A stretch of 64,000 bases of DNA, from assembly GCA_040219675.1 (NCBI GenBank), contig JAVJRZ010000012.1, forward strand, positions 1,138 through 65,137, written 5' to 3'. Numbering within the stretch: the first letter of the stretch is position 1; each line of letters starts with the position of its first letter. Positions 22,123 through 31,491 of the stretch are shown here, piece after piece. The position numbers were made by a program, and so were the translations under genes. This stretch comes from Phycisphaerales bacterium. Its GTDB lineage: Bacteria; Planctomycetota; Phycisphaerae; Phycisphaerales; UBA1924. The notes under the pieces were generated by a model, which ran no database searches, had not been told where the DNA came from, and was given only the letters and a program-made list of their open reading frames with translations.

Positions 22123-22859
22123 GCGTCGTCCGATATCTCGGGCTTGCCCAGCCCCGCACGCTTGAGCAACGCGGCAAAGTCCCGCGGCAGCGGGCTGCGG
22201 ACGTCCACCCGCTCGCCCGTCATCGGATGCGTGAACACCAGCCGGTGCGCGTGCAGCATGAGCCGGCCCGCCGCGTCGGCGATCGTCGGGTTCGCGTACA
22301 GATCATCGCCCAAAATCGCGCACCCGATCGAGGCCAGGTGCACGCGGACCTGGTGCAGCCGGCCCGTCACGGCCCGGCACTCCAGCAACGCCGCCGCGGG
22401 GGTCCGCTCCACCAGCCGGTACGCCGTCAGGGCGGGCTTGCCGCTGCTGGCGATGCGCGCCAGCTTCTTGGTCTTCTGCTCCTCGAGAATCGGCCTGTTG
22501 ATCGAGCCCGTCGGCAGCTTGGCCGGCGCCCGCCGCGTGATGGCGTAGTAGAACTTGGCCAGCTCGCGCTTGCGAAACAACTCGGCCAGGGCGTCATAGC
22601 TGGCCGTACTCAGGGCCACCAGCAGCAGGCCGCTGGTGGGCTTATCGAGCCGGTGCATCATGCCGAACTCGCGCTGGCGGCCAACATTCTGGAGCCGTGG
22701 CCCGTACTTCGCGAACAGGCCGTTGAGCAGCGTGTCGTCGGTGTGCGCCTTGCCGGGCACGGTCGCCAGCCGCGCGCGCTTGTCTACCAGGAGCAGGTGC
22801 TCGTCCTCGTACCGCACCTTGAACGTCACGCGCTCGTTGGGCTCAATCGACAGGTTCAT
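22119..22859 (-). CDS. RluA-family pseudouridine synthase
   Basis: Catalytic motif HRLDKPTSGLLLVA and the later GRLHQVRVHL motif. Confidence 0.9.
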   Translation of the reverse strand: MNLSIEPNERVTFKVRYEDEHLLLVDKRARLATVPGKAHTDDTLLNGLFAKYGPRLQNVGRQREFGMMHRLDKPTSGLLLVALSTASYDALAELFRKRELAKFYYAITRRAPAKLPTGSINRPILEEQKTKKLARIASSGKPALTAYRLVERTPAAALLECRAVTGRLHQVRVHLASIGCAILGDDLYANPTIADAAGRLMLHAHRLVFTHPMTGERVDVRSPLPRDFAALLKRAGLGKPEISDDA

Positions 22860-22862
22860 CGC

Positions 22863-23654
22863 TCAGGCACCATCCAATCCGGCGTCGTGATCGACGTACC
22901 ACCGCGTGTGGCCGGCAAGCAGATTGGGCACCGGCCGGATCGCACCGGCCGAAACTTGCTGCAACACCGGCGACACGTCCTTGCCGATCGCGAGCACGCC
23001 CATGAACCGGCTGCCCGCGAGCATCCGGCGCGTCAGCGTCACCGATTGATCCTCGAGCCGGACCGCCAGCCGCTGCGGCTCGTCGGCCCGCTCCTCGGGC
23101 AAGCGTCCGGCCACGCCGTCGGCCCCCAACGCCAGCACCACCATGTCCAGCCGATCGTGCCCCGCCCGCCGCCGGCCGAGTTCACGCTGCAACCGCTTCT
23201 CGTACTCGGTGTCCGCCGCCGGCCGGAACGCCGACATCCCGTGCACCTGCTCCCTTGGGATGCCCGAGTGCCCGATGATCAGGTCGCGGAGCACGCCGTA
23301 GACGCTCTTGGGGTCTTGCAAGGCCACGGGCGCCTCGTCCACGGTCCACACGTGCGTATCGCGCCAGGGCAACATGCGGTACGCCGGATCGGTCATCAAC
23401 TCGCGGCACAATCGCTCGAGCAGGCCCAGCCCCATCCCCACCCCGCCCGAGACCGCGAGATGGAAGCTGCCAAACTCCCGCACGCAGGCGGTCGCCTGGA
23501 GCGTCAGATCCTGCGCCACCGAAGCCAGCACCTCTTCGACCGTCGGCTGGAACGCCACCGAGTCTTTCAGCGGCGGCGGGGCAGGATCCTTCTCAAGCTC
23601 GATCGGCGGCAGGTCCACGGCTGCATTGTGTCCGCGCCACCACCAGAAAGCCAC
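22863..23654 (-). CDS. 6-phosphogluconolactonase / glucosamine-6-phosphate isomerase family protein
   Basis: FHLAVSGGVGMG..., WRDTHVWTVDEAPV and VVLALGADGVAGRLPE are typical of the Pgl/NagB fold. Ends 3 nt before the rluA-family start. Confidence 0.75.
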   Translation of the reverse strand: MAFWWWRGHNAAVDLPPIELEKDPAPPPLKDSVAFQPTVEEVLASVAQDLTLQATACVREFGSFHLAVSGGVGMGLGLLERLCRELMTDPAYRMLPWRDTHVWTVDEAPVALQDPKSVYGVLRDLIIGHSGIPREQVHGMSAFRPAADTEYEKRLQRELGRRRAGHDRLDMVVLALGADGVAGRLPEERADEPQRLAVRLEDQSVTLTRRMLAGSRFMGVLAIGKDVSPVLQQVSAGAIRPVPNLLAGHTRWYVDHDAGLDGA

Positions 23655-23805
23655 AATGGGCCCAACCAGTCACGCCAGCAACCCGCGGCACGTATACCGG
23701 TAGGATTGGCACCCTGCCCCCGAACAGCCAGACGGCGGCCAACCCCGGCAATCCACCCCCATCACGCCCCAACACGGCGGCCGCTCGCCAGGAAGCCCAC
23801 GAAGC

Positions 23806-25530
23806 ATGTCCGAAGACCTGCCAACCCTGCTCCTGCGGCCCCTGGGCTGGCAAGGCCGAACCCACCCCCTCGACGGGCGGGAGATCACCATCGGTCGCCA
23901 CCCGACCAACACCGTCCGCCTCACCGATGAAAAGGCCAGCCGGCACCACTGCGCGGTCCGCCCCGATGAGTCCGGCCGGTATGTCGTGGTCGACCTGGGA
24001 TCCCGCAACGGCACACGCGTCAACGAGGTCAAGGTCCGCCAGGCGCACCTCGACGACGGCGACGTCCTGCGCATCGGCGGCCACGAGTTCGCCGTCGAGG
24101 CCCGCCAGCCCGACGACGACCACGCCGAAGCGGACAGCGGCGACTCGTCCACCGCCACGGCCGTCCGCGCCACCGAGCGCAAGCGCGCCACCAGGCGATC
24201 CTCCAAGACCGCCGCCACCGAAGCGCGCTGGGCCAAAGAGATCCGCCGAACCATCGAGAGCCTGCCGCCCGCGGGCGCTCTGGCCGACGACATCACGATC
24301 CTCAACGCCTCGGGCCAGCGCACCAGCGCGCTCTCGGGCCAGAGCCCGGGGCCGGTCGCCGTCCGCCTGCTGCTGGGCAGCGCCGACAAGAGCCGCGCGA
24401 CCGACATCCACCTCGAACCACGCGGCGAGAGCTACAACGCCCGCCTGCGCGTCGACGGGCAGATGGTGCCGCTGGCCGAGCTGCCCGCCAGCGTCGGCAC
24501 GCTGGCCTGCAACCTGATCAAGACCGCGTGCGAGCTCGAAGTCTCCGGCAAGCAGGCCATCCACGACGGCACCATGTCGGCCCTGTTCACCGTCGACGAC
24601 GCCGACCGCAGGGTCGAGTACCGCGTCAGCTTCACGCCGGCCGTCGGCGGGCAGAAGCTCGTCATGCGCGTGCTCGACGGGCGCGGCGTGCCCAATAGCG
24701 TCGATGACCTGGGCCTGGCCCCCTACATGCTCCCGCGCATCAAACGCGTGCTCACCAAGGACCAGGGCATGCTGCTGGTCTGCGGCCCCACCGGCAGCGG
24801 CAAGACGACCACCCTGCACAACTGCGTCCGCGAGATCGACCGCGAACGCAAGAATGTCGTCACCATCGAAGACCCCGTCGAGTACAAGCTCGAGGGCGTC
24901 ACGCAGATCCCCGTCGACGATCGCCAGGGACTGGGCTTCCACGGTCTGCTCCGCAGTGTGCTGCGCCAAGACCCCGACGTCATCCTCGTGGGCGAGATCC
25001 GCGACGAAGAGACCGCGCGCACCGCCATGCAGGCCGCCATGACCGGGCACCTGGTCTTTTCCACCGTGCACGCCAAGGACACCGTCGCCGCCATCTTCCG
25101 CCTGCTGGACCTGGGCGTCGAGCCCTACCTCGTCGCCAATGCGCTCGACCTCGTGCTCGCCCAGCGCCTCGTCCGCGTGCTGTGCACGAACTGCCGCCGC
25201 GAGGTGCCGCTGACCCCGGGCGAATCCAGCAAGATCGGCGCCACCCTCAGCAAGCACGCCGGCGCCGCGAGCAAGGCCAACCATGTCTACGCCGCCGTCG
25301 GCTGCGCCCGCTGCCTGCGCACCGGCTACGTCGGCCGCCGCGCCATCTTCGAGTTGCTCGAGTTCAATGACGCGCTCCGCGATATCGTGCTCCAGGAGCC
25401 CTCCATCCAGGCCATCAAGCGCGTCATCGAGGCCGACCTGTTCACCAACCTGCGAACCTTCGGCCTGCGCCTGGCCGCCCAGGGCGTCACCAGCCTCGAA
25501 GAGGTCAACCAGGTGGCCGGTGGGCAGTAG
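23806..25530 (+). CDS. FHA domain fused to a GspE/PilB-type (T2SS/T4P) secretion ATPase
   Basis: N-terminal FHA: ITIGRHPTNTVRLTDEKASRHHCAV...LGSRNGTRVNE. ATPase core: Walker A GPTGSGKTTT, Walker B DPDVILVGEIRD, His box TGHLVFSTVHA, and a tetra-Cys motif CTNC...CARC. Confidence 0.9.
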   Translation: MSEDLPTLLLRPLGWQGRTHPLDGREITIGRHPTNTVRLTDEKASRHHCAVRPDESGRYVVVDLGSRNGTRVNEVKVRQAHLDDGDVLRIGGHEFAVEARQPDDDHAEADSGDSSTATAVRATERKRATRRSSKTAATEARWAKEIRRTIESLPPAGALADDITILNASGQRTSALSGQSPGPVAVRLLLGSADKSRATDIHLEPRGESYNARLRVDGQMVPLAELPASVGTLACNLIKTACELEVSGKQAIHDGTMSALFTVDDADRRVEYRVSFTPAVGGQKLVMRVLDGRGVPNSVDDLGLAPYMLPRIKRVLTKDQGMLLVCGPTGSGKTTTLHNCVREIDRERKNVVTIEDPVEYKLEGVTQIPVDDRQGLGFHGLLRSVLRQDPDVILVGEIRDEETARTAMQAAMTGHLVFSTVHAKDTVAAIFRLLDLGVEPYLVANALDLVLAQRLVRVLCTNCRREVPLTPGESSKIGATLSKHAGAASKANHVYAAVGCARCLRTGYVGRRAIFELLEFNDALRDIVLQEPSIQAIKRVIEADLFTNLRTFGLRLAAQGVTSLEEVNQVAGGQ

Positions 25531-25587
25531 CGGCCCACACCATCGCCGGCCGGCTCGCTCCGACCACGACCCCATTGGACACTCGCC

Positions 25588-27531
25588 TTGACGATCCGAC
25601 AACGCCTGCTGATCTGGATGGTGGGGTCCATCTCGCTGGTGTACGTCGCCGTGCTGGGCTTCGAGTTCTTCAACCTCAAAGAAACGGCCAACCAGCAGGC
25701 CGACGCCCGATACCGCGAGTCGCTCGAGTCGCGCGCGAGCGTGCTGGCCGACGAGCTCAGCCGGTCGGCCCTGGCAGCGCAGGAGTTCGCCGAGTCGGTG
25801 TCCCTCGCCGCGGCCCCCGAGACCGCCGCCGTCACCCAGGCCGAGCGGCTGCTGGTCCGTTCTTCCATCATCACCGCCGTCGAATGGAAGCTGCAAGAGG
25901 GCAGCGACACGATCGCCCGCGGTCGCTTTCCGGCCCTCAAGGACGGCGGCGCTACCCAGGCCCTGCCCTACGCCGAAGACATCGCCCCACAGGCGTGGTT
26001 CAGCTTTCGGCCCGACGACACCTGGCGACGCGCGGTGTGGATGACCAACCCCGTCGACCAGGGCGAACGCTCCACGCGTGCGCTCGTGGAGATCTCGGCC
26101 AACGCCTTCGCAGAGCGCCTGGCCGAGCCCATCGTCGACCGAAGCCTGCTGCTGCTGCTCGACGACAAGGGCCGCTACCTGTGGCACTACAACTCCGACG
26201 TCATGGACAGCGACGTGGACATCTTCTCCTTCGCCCGCGATACGCAGCGGCCGTCCATCGCCGAAGCCGCCCGCACGGCCCTCTCGGGCGAGGGCGGCAA
26301 GTCCCGCATGCCCCGCGGCTTCGTCACGCCCGAGCCCTACCTCATTTACTTCCACCCCGTCGGACAAACGCGCTGGACGCTGGTGACGGCCGTCCCCGAG
26401 GCCGAACTGCTCGCGCCCGTCTACGCCCAGCTTCTTCGTTCGATGACGGTGCTGGTCGTCGGCTTGCTCCTCATCGTCGCGGCGGTCTGGCTGACCGCCC
26501 GGCGGATCACCGCGCCCATCGAGCGCATCTCCGAAGCGGCCCGCCATCTGGGCGAGGGCCGACCATACGAGTCGGCCGCGAAGGGCGCACCCCGAGAACT
26601 CCGCCTGCTCGACAACGTGCTGTCGCACACCAGCGAACAGCTCAAGGCCCTCACCCAGCAGCAGATCGAGGAGGTCGCCCGCCGCGAGTTCGCCGAGGGC
26701 GAGCTGCGCACCGCCCGCACCGTGCAGGAATCGCTCCTGCCCGAGCCGCTGCCCGCGACCCAACTCGAGCCCTTCGCCGTGGCGCTCTCGGGCAAGAACC
26801 TGCCGGCCTCGGGCGTCGCCGGAGACTTCTTTGACTACCTCATCGACGCGCGCGGCAGGCTGGTGGTCTGCATCGCCGATGTCTCGGGCAAGGGCGCCCG
26901 CGCGGCCATGCTCATGGCCGTCGCCCGCACGGCGTTCCGAACCGCCGCCGACACCAGCGACCATCCCGGCCAGGTCATCGCATCGATCAACGACGTCGTG
27001 CTCGGCACCACGCACGACATCGATGGCAGCTTCATCACCATGCAGGTGGTCTTCATCGAGCCCGACGGCCGCATCACGTACGCCAACGCCGGGCACCCGA
27101 GCGCGACACTGGTTCTGCCCAACGGCTCGACGCGCGCGATCCTGAACACGACCGGCACCGTCGTCGGGGCCTTCGCCGATGCCCACGCGAACGCCCCTTG
27201 CGAGAAACTGGTCCTCGAAGACGATTGGCACGCCGTGGTCTTGGTAACCGACGGCGTGCTCGAGGCCACCTGCGCAGACCAGGACGCGGGCGGGCCCCGG
27301 CAGATGTTCTCCGAGGCAAGGCTCCAACAGACGCTCGAAACACTGGCCAACCACGATGCCCAGCAGATCGTCGACGAGCTCATCCAGGTCGTCCGAGACT
27401 TCGAGGGCGACACCCAGACCGACGACATCACCGTCGTCGCCATCGTGCGCCAGTCCAAGGCCGCCGAACTTCACGCAGACGACGCGGGCGGGCCGATAGC
27501 CATCCGAGAAACCGGAATGGACACACCATGA
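25588..27531 (+). CDS. Membrane sensor PP2C phosphatase: 2 TM + extracytoplasmic domain + HAMP + SpoIIE/PP2C
   Basis: TM1 LLIWMVGSISLVYVAVLGF, an extracytoplasmic region of about 270 aa, and TM2 LLRSMTVLVVGLLLIVAAVWL. These are followed by a HAMP-like ARRITAPIERISEAARHLGEG and the PP2C motifs GVAGDFFDY and CIADVSGKGARAAMLMA. TTG start at 25588. Confidence 0.88.
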   Translation: MTIRQRLLIWMVGSISLVYVAVLGFEFFNLKETANQQADARYRESLESRASVLADELSRSALAAQEFAESVSLAAAPETAAVTQAERLLVRSSIITAVEWKLQEGSDTIARGRFPALKDGGATQALPYAEDIAPQAWFSFRPDDTWRRAVWMTNPVDQGERSTRALVEISANAFAERLAEPIVDRSLLLLLDDKGRYLWHYNSDVMDSDVDIFSFARDTQRPSIAEAARTALSGEGGKSRMPRGFVTPEPYLIYFHPVGQTRWTLVTAVPEAELLAPVYAQLLRSMTVLVVGLLLIVAAVWLTARRITAPIERISEAARHLGEGRPYESAAKGAPRELRLLDNVLSHTSEQLKALTQQQIEEVARREFAEGELRTARTVQESLLPEPLPATQLEPFAVALSGKNLPASGVAGDFFDYLIDARGRLVVCIADVSGKGARAAMLMAVARTAFRTAADTSDHPGQVIASINDVVLGTTHDIDGSFITMQVVFIEPDGRITYANAGHPSATLVLPNGSTRAILNTTGTVVGAFADAHANAPCEKLVLEDDWHAVVLVTDGVLEATCADQDAGGPRQMFSEARLQQTLETLANHDAQQIVDELIQVVRDFEGDTQTDDITVVAIVRQSKAAELHADDAGGPIAIRETGMDTP

Positions 27532-28136
27532 CCCAAACCGCTCTCCAGCCCAGCTACGCAGAGATCTATGACCGCGTGATCGCCACCAACCCGGGGTACC
27601 ACGGCGCCCACGGCTCGCCGGGCTACCACGCCTGCCTCATGCACGCCGAAAGGCTGCGTGGGTTTTCGGGCAGATCCCTCGACGTCGGCTGCGGCGCGGG
27701 CTTCGTCGTGGCCTTGCTGAACATGCCCACGTTCGGTTTCGAGGCCCACGGCGTCGACGTCAGCGCCGAGGGTGTCGCCCGGGCCCGCAAGATCAACCCC
27801 GCCGATCGGATCGCGATCATGCAGCCGGGCAAGATCCCCCACGACCATGATTCCTTCGCCCTGGTCACGTGCTTCGACGTGATGGAACACCTCGACGAGC
27901 CGGACATTCTTGCTCTGCGCGACGAACTCCACCGCGTCCTTAAACCCGGTGGGCTGCTCTTCTGCTCGGCAAGCTGCCGGCCATCGGCCTCCAACGACCA
28001 CAACGGCGAGAATCTGCACCGCACCATCCAGCCCCCCCACTGGTGGGCCAACCTCTTTGACCCAGACGAGTACCTCGCGCGCAAGCCGACGGCCGACTTG
28101 CTGATGTGGTGGCGCAAGCCCGACGCGACCAGCTAG
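27528..28136 (+). CDS. Class I SAM-dependent methyltransferase
   Basis: Motif I LDVGCGAGF and post-motifs DSFALVTCFDVMEHL and LKPGGLLF. The ATG at 27528 overlaps the phosphatase stop (ATGA). Confidence 0.8.
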   Translation: MTQTALQPSYAEIYDRVIATNPGYHGAHGSPGYHACLMHAERLRGFSGRSLDVGCGAGFVVALLNMPTFGFEAHGVDVSAEGVARARKINPADRIAIMQPGKIPHDHDSFALVTCFDVMEHLDEPDILALRDELHRVLKPGGLLFCSASCRPSASNDHNGENLHRTIQPPHWWANLFDPDEYLARKPTADLLMWWRKPDATS

Positions 28137-28159
28137 CACGCCGCGTACCGTCCGCCATC

Positions 28160-28867
28160 ATGCGGCCACCTCAACAGACCACGCCCATGCCCCTGCTCCT
28201 CTGGCCCGGCCTGGCGGCCGATGCCCGGCTCTTTGCGCCCATCCGGGAGCGCCTCGAGAACGTCCAGACGCCCCGATTCATGGAACCCAGCGCAGGCGAG
28301 TCCCTGCGAGACTACGCCCAGCGCTACGCACCGACGCTCGCACCCCAACTGCCGCACGATGGCCGATACGCCGTTGGCGGCTTCAGCTTCGGCGGGCAAC
28401 TCGCCCTCGAACTCGCCGCGGTCCTTCAGCCCCGACCGAAGGGCGTCGTCCTCATCTGCGGCGTGCGCGGGACGCACCAGATCCTGCCCGCCTTCGGTCG
28501 CCAGCAGCGCCTGGGCGCCGCCATCCCCGGCGCCGTCGCACGCCGTCTCTACAAGCCCGTCGCCCGCCGGTTCGCCCAGCGCAACAGGCTCGACGACGCA
28601 TCGACCCGCCTTCTCCTCGACATGGCCCAGGACATCGATCCGAGGTTCCTCCGATGGTCGGCAGCCGCCTGCGCACGCTGGCCCGGACCGCCCGAACTCG
28701 ACCTGCCGATCCGCCACATCCACGGCCAGCTCGACACCATCATCCCCGATGTCCGCCACGAGGCCGATCGCACCATCGCCGGGGCGAGGCACCTGATCAC
28801 GCTGACCCACCCGCAAGAGGTCGCCGAATTCATCATGGCCAGCCTGGCCGACTTCGACAACGCGTGA
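28160..28867 (+). CDS. Alpha/beta hydrolase fold protein
   Basis: Nucleophile elbow GGFSFGG and a C-terminal GARHLITLTHPQEV (His) region. The ATG at 28160 is chosen over the longer ORF. Confidence 0.7.
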   Translation: MRPPQQTTPMPLLLWPGLAADARLFAPIRERLENVQTPRFMEPSAGESLRDYAQRYAPTLAPQLPHDGRYAVGGFSFGGQLALELAAVLQPRPKGVVLICGVRGTHQILPAFGRQQRLGAAIPGAVARRLYKPVARRFAQRNRLDDASTRLLLDMAQDIDPRFLRWSAAACARWPGPPELDLPIRHIHGQLDTIIPDVRHEADRTIAGARHLITLTHPQEVAEFIMASLADFDNA

Positions 28868-29025
28868 ACGAGCGCGACTGGAACGCGAGGCCCGAAACAC
28901 CGGCACTCTGGCTCCAGCACCCGCGCCGCGTTCGCGAGCACGGAGGACCAATCCACGAAGTACCATGATCGGGCGATGCCCCACGCCTGCCTTGCGGATA
29001 GCCCAAGCCTCACGAGGAGCCCTTC

Positions 29026-30333
29026 ATGATCGGAAGCAACGCCGCGGCCAGCACGACCGCGCTCCCCGCAGACCCCGCCGTGATCCTGCCGATGCGTCAA
29101 CGCGCCGAGGTCATCGATGCCCTGCTCCGCCGGCGCCTCGACCAAATCGTACCAAAGCTCATGCGCCGGCACGACATCGACATGTGGATCGTGATCGGCC
29201 GCGAGTACAACGAAGACCCCGTCCTCAAGACCATGCTGCCCGCCACGTGGCACGCCGCGCGCCGACGGACGATCCTTGTCTTCCATGATCCCGGCGCCCC
29301 GGCCGAGATCGAGCGGCTCGCCGTCTCGCGGTACCCGGTCGCAGACTTCTTCGCCTCGTCCTGGGATCCCAACGCACAGCCAAGCCAGTGGGCACGGCTC
29401 GCCGAGATCATCCAGGCCCGCAACCCCAAGCGCATCGGGCTGAACATCTCCGAGACCTGGGCCCACGCCGACGGCCTCGCACACTCGCAGTTCGAGGCCC
29501 TCCAGCAAGCCCTGCCAGGCCAACTCCGCCAGCGCGTCGCCTCGGCCGAGCCCCTCGCCGTCGGCTGGCTCGAGACGCGCCTGCCCGAGGAGATGGACAT
29601 CTACGCCTCAGCCTGCCGCATCGCCCACGAGATCATGGCCCAGGCCCTGTCCGAACGGGCCATCCAGCCGGGCGTGACGACCACCGACGACGTCAAGTGG
29701 TGGTGCCGAGAGCGGGTGAACCAGCTCGGGCTCCAGGACTGGTTCCACCCCATCGTCTCGCTCCAGCGCGAGGCGGGCGAAGCGAACTTCCTCGAGATGA
29801 TGGCGGGCGGCGAACAGATCATCCAGCGCGGGGACCTCATCCACCTCGATATGGGCATCGAGTACCTGCGCCTCCACACCGACACGCAGCAGATGGCCTA
29901 CGTCCTCAAGCCAGGCGAGTCCGAACCACCAGCCGGGCTCCAGCAGGCCTTCCGGCGAGGCAACCAGATGCAGGACATCCTCACCGCCCACCTGAAAGAG
30001 GGCCGCACCGGCAACGACGTGCTCGGCCTTGCCCTGGCGGAGGCCAAGTCACGCGGCATCAACGCCATGGTCTACGCCCACCCCGTAGGCTCCCACGGGC
30101 ACGCCGCGGGCCCGGCCATCGGCATGTGGGACCAGCAGGGCGGCGTGCCGGGAACCGGCGAATACCCGATCCACGACAACACCGCCTACGCGATCGAGCT
30201 CAGCATCCTCGAGCCCATCCCCGAATGGGGCGGCAAAGAGGTACGCATCATGCTCGAAGAAGACGCGGTGCTCCAAGACGGTCGCGTAACCTACCTCGAC
30301 GGACGCCAGACCGAGTTGCATGTGATCAAGTAG
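29026..30333 (+). CDS. M24-family metallopeptidase (Xaa-Pro aminopeptidase-like)
   Basis: N-terminal creatinase/prolidase-like domain. Pita-bread motifs GDLIHLDMG, HPVGSHGHAAGP and IELSI. RBS GAGGAG lies upstream of the ATG. Confidence 0.8.
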   Translation: MIGSNAAASTTALPADPAVILPMRQRAEVIDALLRRRLDQIVPKLMRRHDIDMWIVIGREYNEDPVLKTMLPATWHAARRRTILVFHDPGAPAEIERLAVSRYPVADFFASSWDPNAQPSQWARLAEIIQARNPKRIGLNISETWAHADGLAHSQFEALQQALPGQLRQRVASAEPLAVGWLETRLPEEMDIYASACRIAHEIMAQALSERAIQPGVTTTDDVKWWCRERVNQLGLQDWFHPIVSLQREAGEANFLEMMAGGEQIIQRGDLIHLDMGIEYLRLHTDTQQMAYVLKPGESEPPAGLQQAFRRGNQMQDILTAHLKEGRTGNDVLGLALAEAKSRGINAMVYAHPVGSHGHAAGPAIGMWDQQGGVPGTGEYPIHDNTAYAIELSILEPIPEWGGKEVRIMLEEDAVLQDGRVTYLDGRQTELHVIK

Positions 30334-30411
30334 GCCAGCCGCAGGCCGGAGCTAACCGGCGGGCCCGGGACTCTTGACCGCACAAGGGGGGCGGTCGCCG
30401 ATACTGTGTCG

Positions 30412-31491
30412 ATGCCGCGATACGCGATAGGCTGCATGACCGGGACCAGCCTCGATGGGCTGGACGCCGTCCTTGTGGAGGCAGAGGGAACGGGGCTGGA
30501 CCTGCGCGTGCGCCCGGTCCGCCACGCGGAATCGGGGCTGGGCGAACTCGCCGAAGGGCTGCGCGCTGCCGCGGGCGGAACGCCGATGGCCGCCGGGGAC
30601 CTCGCGCGCCTCGCCCTGGAACTCGGCAAGCTGCACGCCGCCGTGGCCGGGAACCTGATCGATGCCGCCGGCGTCGAGCCCGCGGTCTGCGCGGTGCCAG
30701 GCCAGACCATCTTCCACGCGCCCCCCGTCTCGATGCAGCTCGTCAATCCGTGGCCCATCGCGCAGCGGCTGGGCTGCCCGGTGCTCCACGACCTCCGCGG
30801 CGCCGACCTGGCGGCAGGCGGCCAGGGCGCCCCCATCACCCCGATCGCCGACTGGATCCTCTTCCGATCCGACGACGAGGACCGCGCGATCGTGAACCTC
30901 GGCGGGTTCTGCAACGTCACGACGCTGGCCGCGGGCTCGGGGCCCGAAGGCGTGCGAGGGTTCGACGTGTGCGCCTGCAACCAGGTCCTTGACGCCTGCG
31001 CCAGGCGGGCATTGGGCAAGCCCTACGACGAAAACGGCCAACGTGCCCTCACCGGCACGCCCGACGCCGAAGCGGTGGCCTCGCTCCTGGGCATCCTCGG
31101 CGCGCAATCTTCCGGCCATCGCTCGCTCGGCACGGGCGACGAGTGCCAGGCCTGGGTCGACACGCACGCCTCGCTCCACGCACGCGACCTGATGGCCAGC
31201 GCCGCCCACGCCGTCGGCGCCGCGATCGGCGAGCGGGTCCGAGGCTCTGGCGCAGCGGTCCTCTCGGGCGGCGGCGTGCAGAACGCCGCGCTCGTGCGCG
31301 CGATCGAGGATATCGCCGGCCCGTGCCGGACCACCGATGCCTTTGGCGTCGGCCCGCAGGAGCGAGAGGCGACCTGCATCGCCGTGCTGGGCCTGCTCGC
31401 GCTCGACGGCGTCGTCTACACCCAGGGACCAATCACAGGGCGCACCGCGCAACTGGCTACCGAAGGGGCCTGGATCGGGGTGCGCCCATGA
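30412..31491 (+). CDS. anmK: Anhydro-N-acetylmuramic acid kinase
   Basis: GCMTGTSLDGLDAVLVE N-terminal motif, NLGGFCNVT and LSGGGVQNAAL. Start is ATG 30412, or GTG 30406. Confidence 0.9.
   Translation: MPRYAIGCMTGTSLDGLDAVLVEAEGTGLDLRVRPVRHAESGLGELAEGLRAAAGGTPMAAGDLARLALELGKLHAAVAGNLIDAAGVEPAVCAVPGQTIFHAPPVSMQLVNPWPIAQRLGCPVLHDLRGADLAAGGQGAPITPIADWILFRSDDEDRAIVNLGGFCNVTTLAAGSGPEGVRGFDVCACNQVLDACARRALGKPYDENGQRALTGTPDAEAVASLLGILGAQSSGHRSLGTGDECQAWVDTHASLHARDLMASAAHAVGAAIGERVRGSGAAVLSGGGVQNAALVRAIEDIAGPCRTTDAFGVGPQEREATCIAVLGLLALDGVVYTQGPITGRTAQLATEGAWIGVRP

Noticed and set aside
23705-23722. TGGCAC upstream of the FHA::GspE gene as a sigma-54 promoter
   Set aside because: The -12 position reads CCCC rather than TTGC or TTGA, and the only TGC is 3 nt out of register.
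27226-27243. TTGGCACGCC inside the PP2C gene, resembling the flagellar motif
   Set aside because: It is followed by GTGGTC, not NNTTGAG. It is also deep inside a coding region, so it is probably coincidental.
23593-27474. 1,293-aa minus-strand ORF
   Set aside because: It is antisense to the FHA::GspE and PP2C genes, both of which have unambiguous catalytic motifs. Its product is G/A/R/D/V low-complexity sequence.
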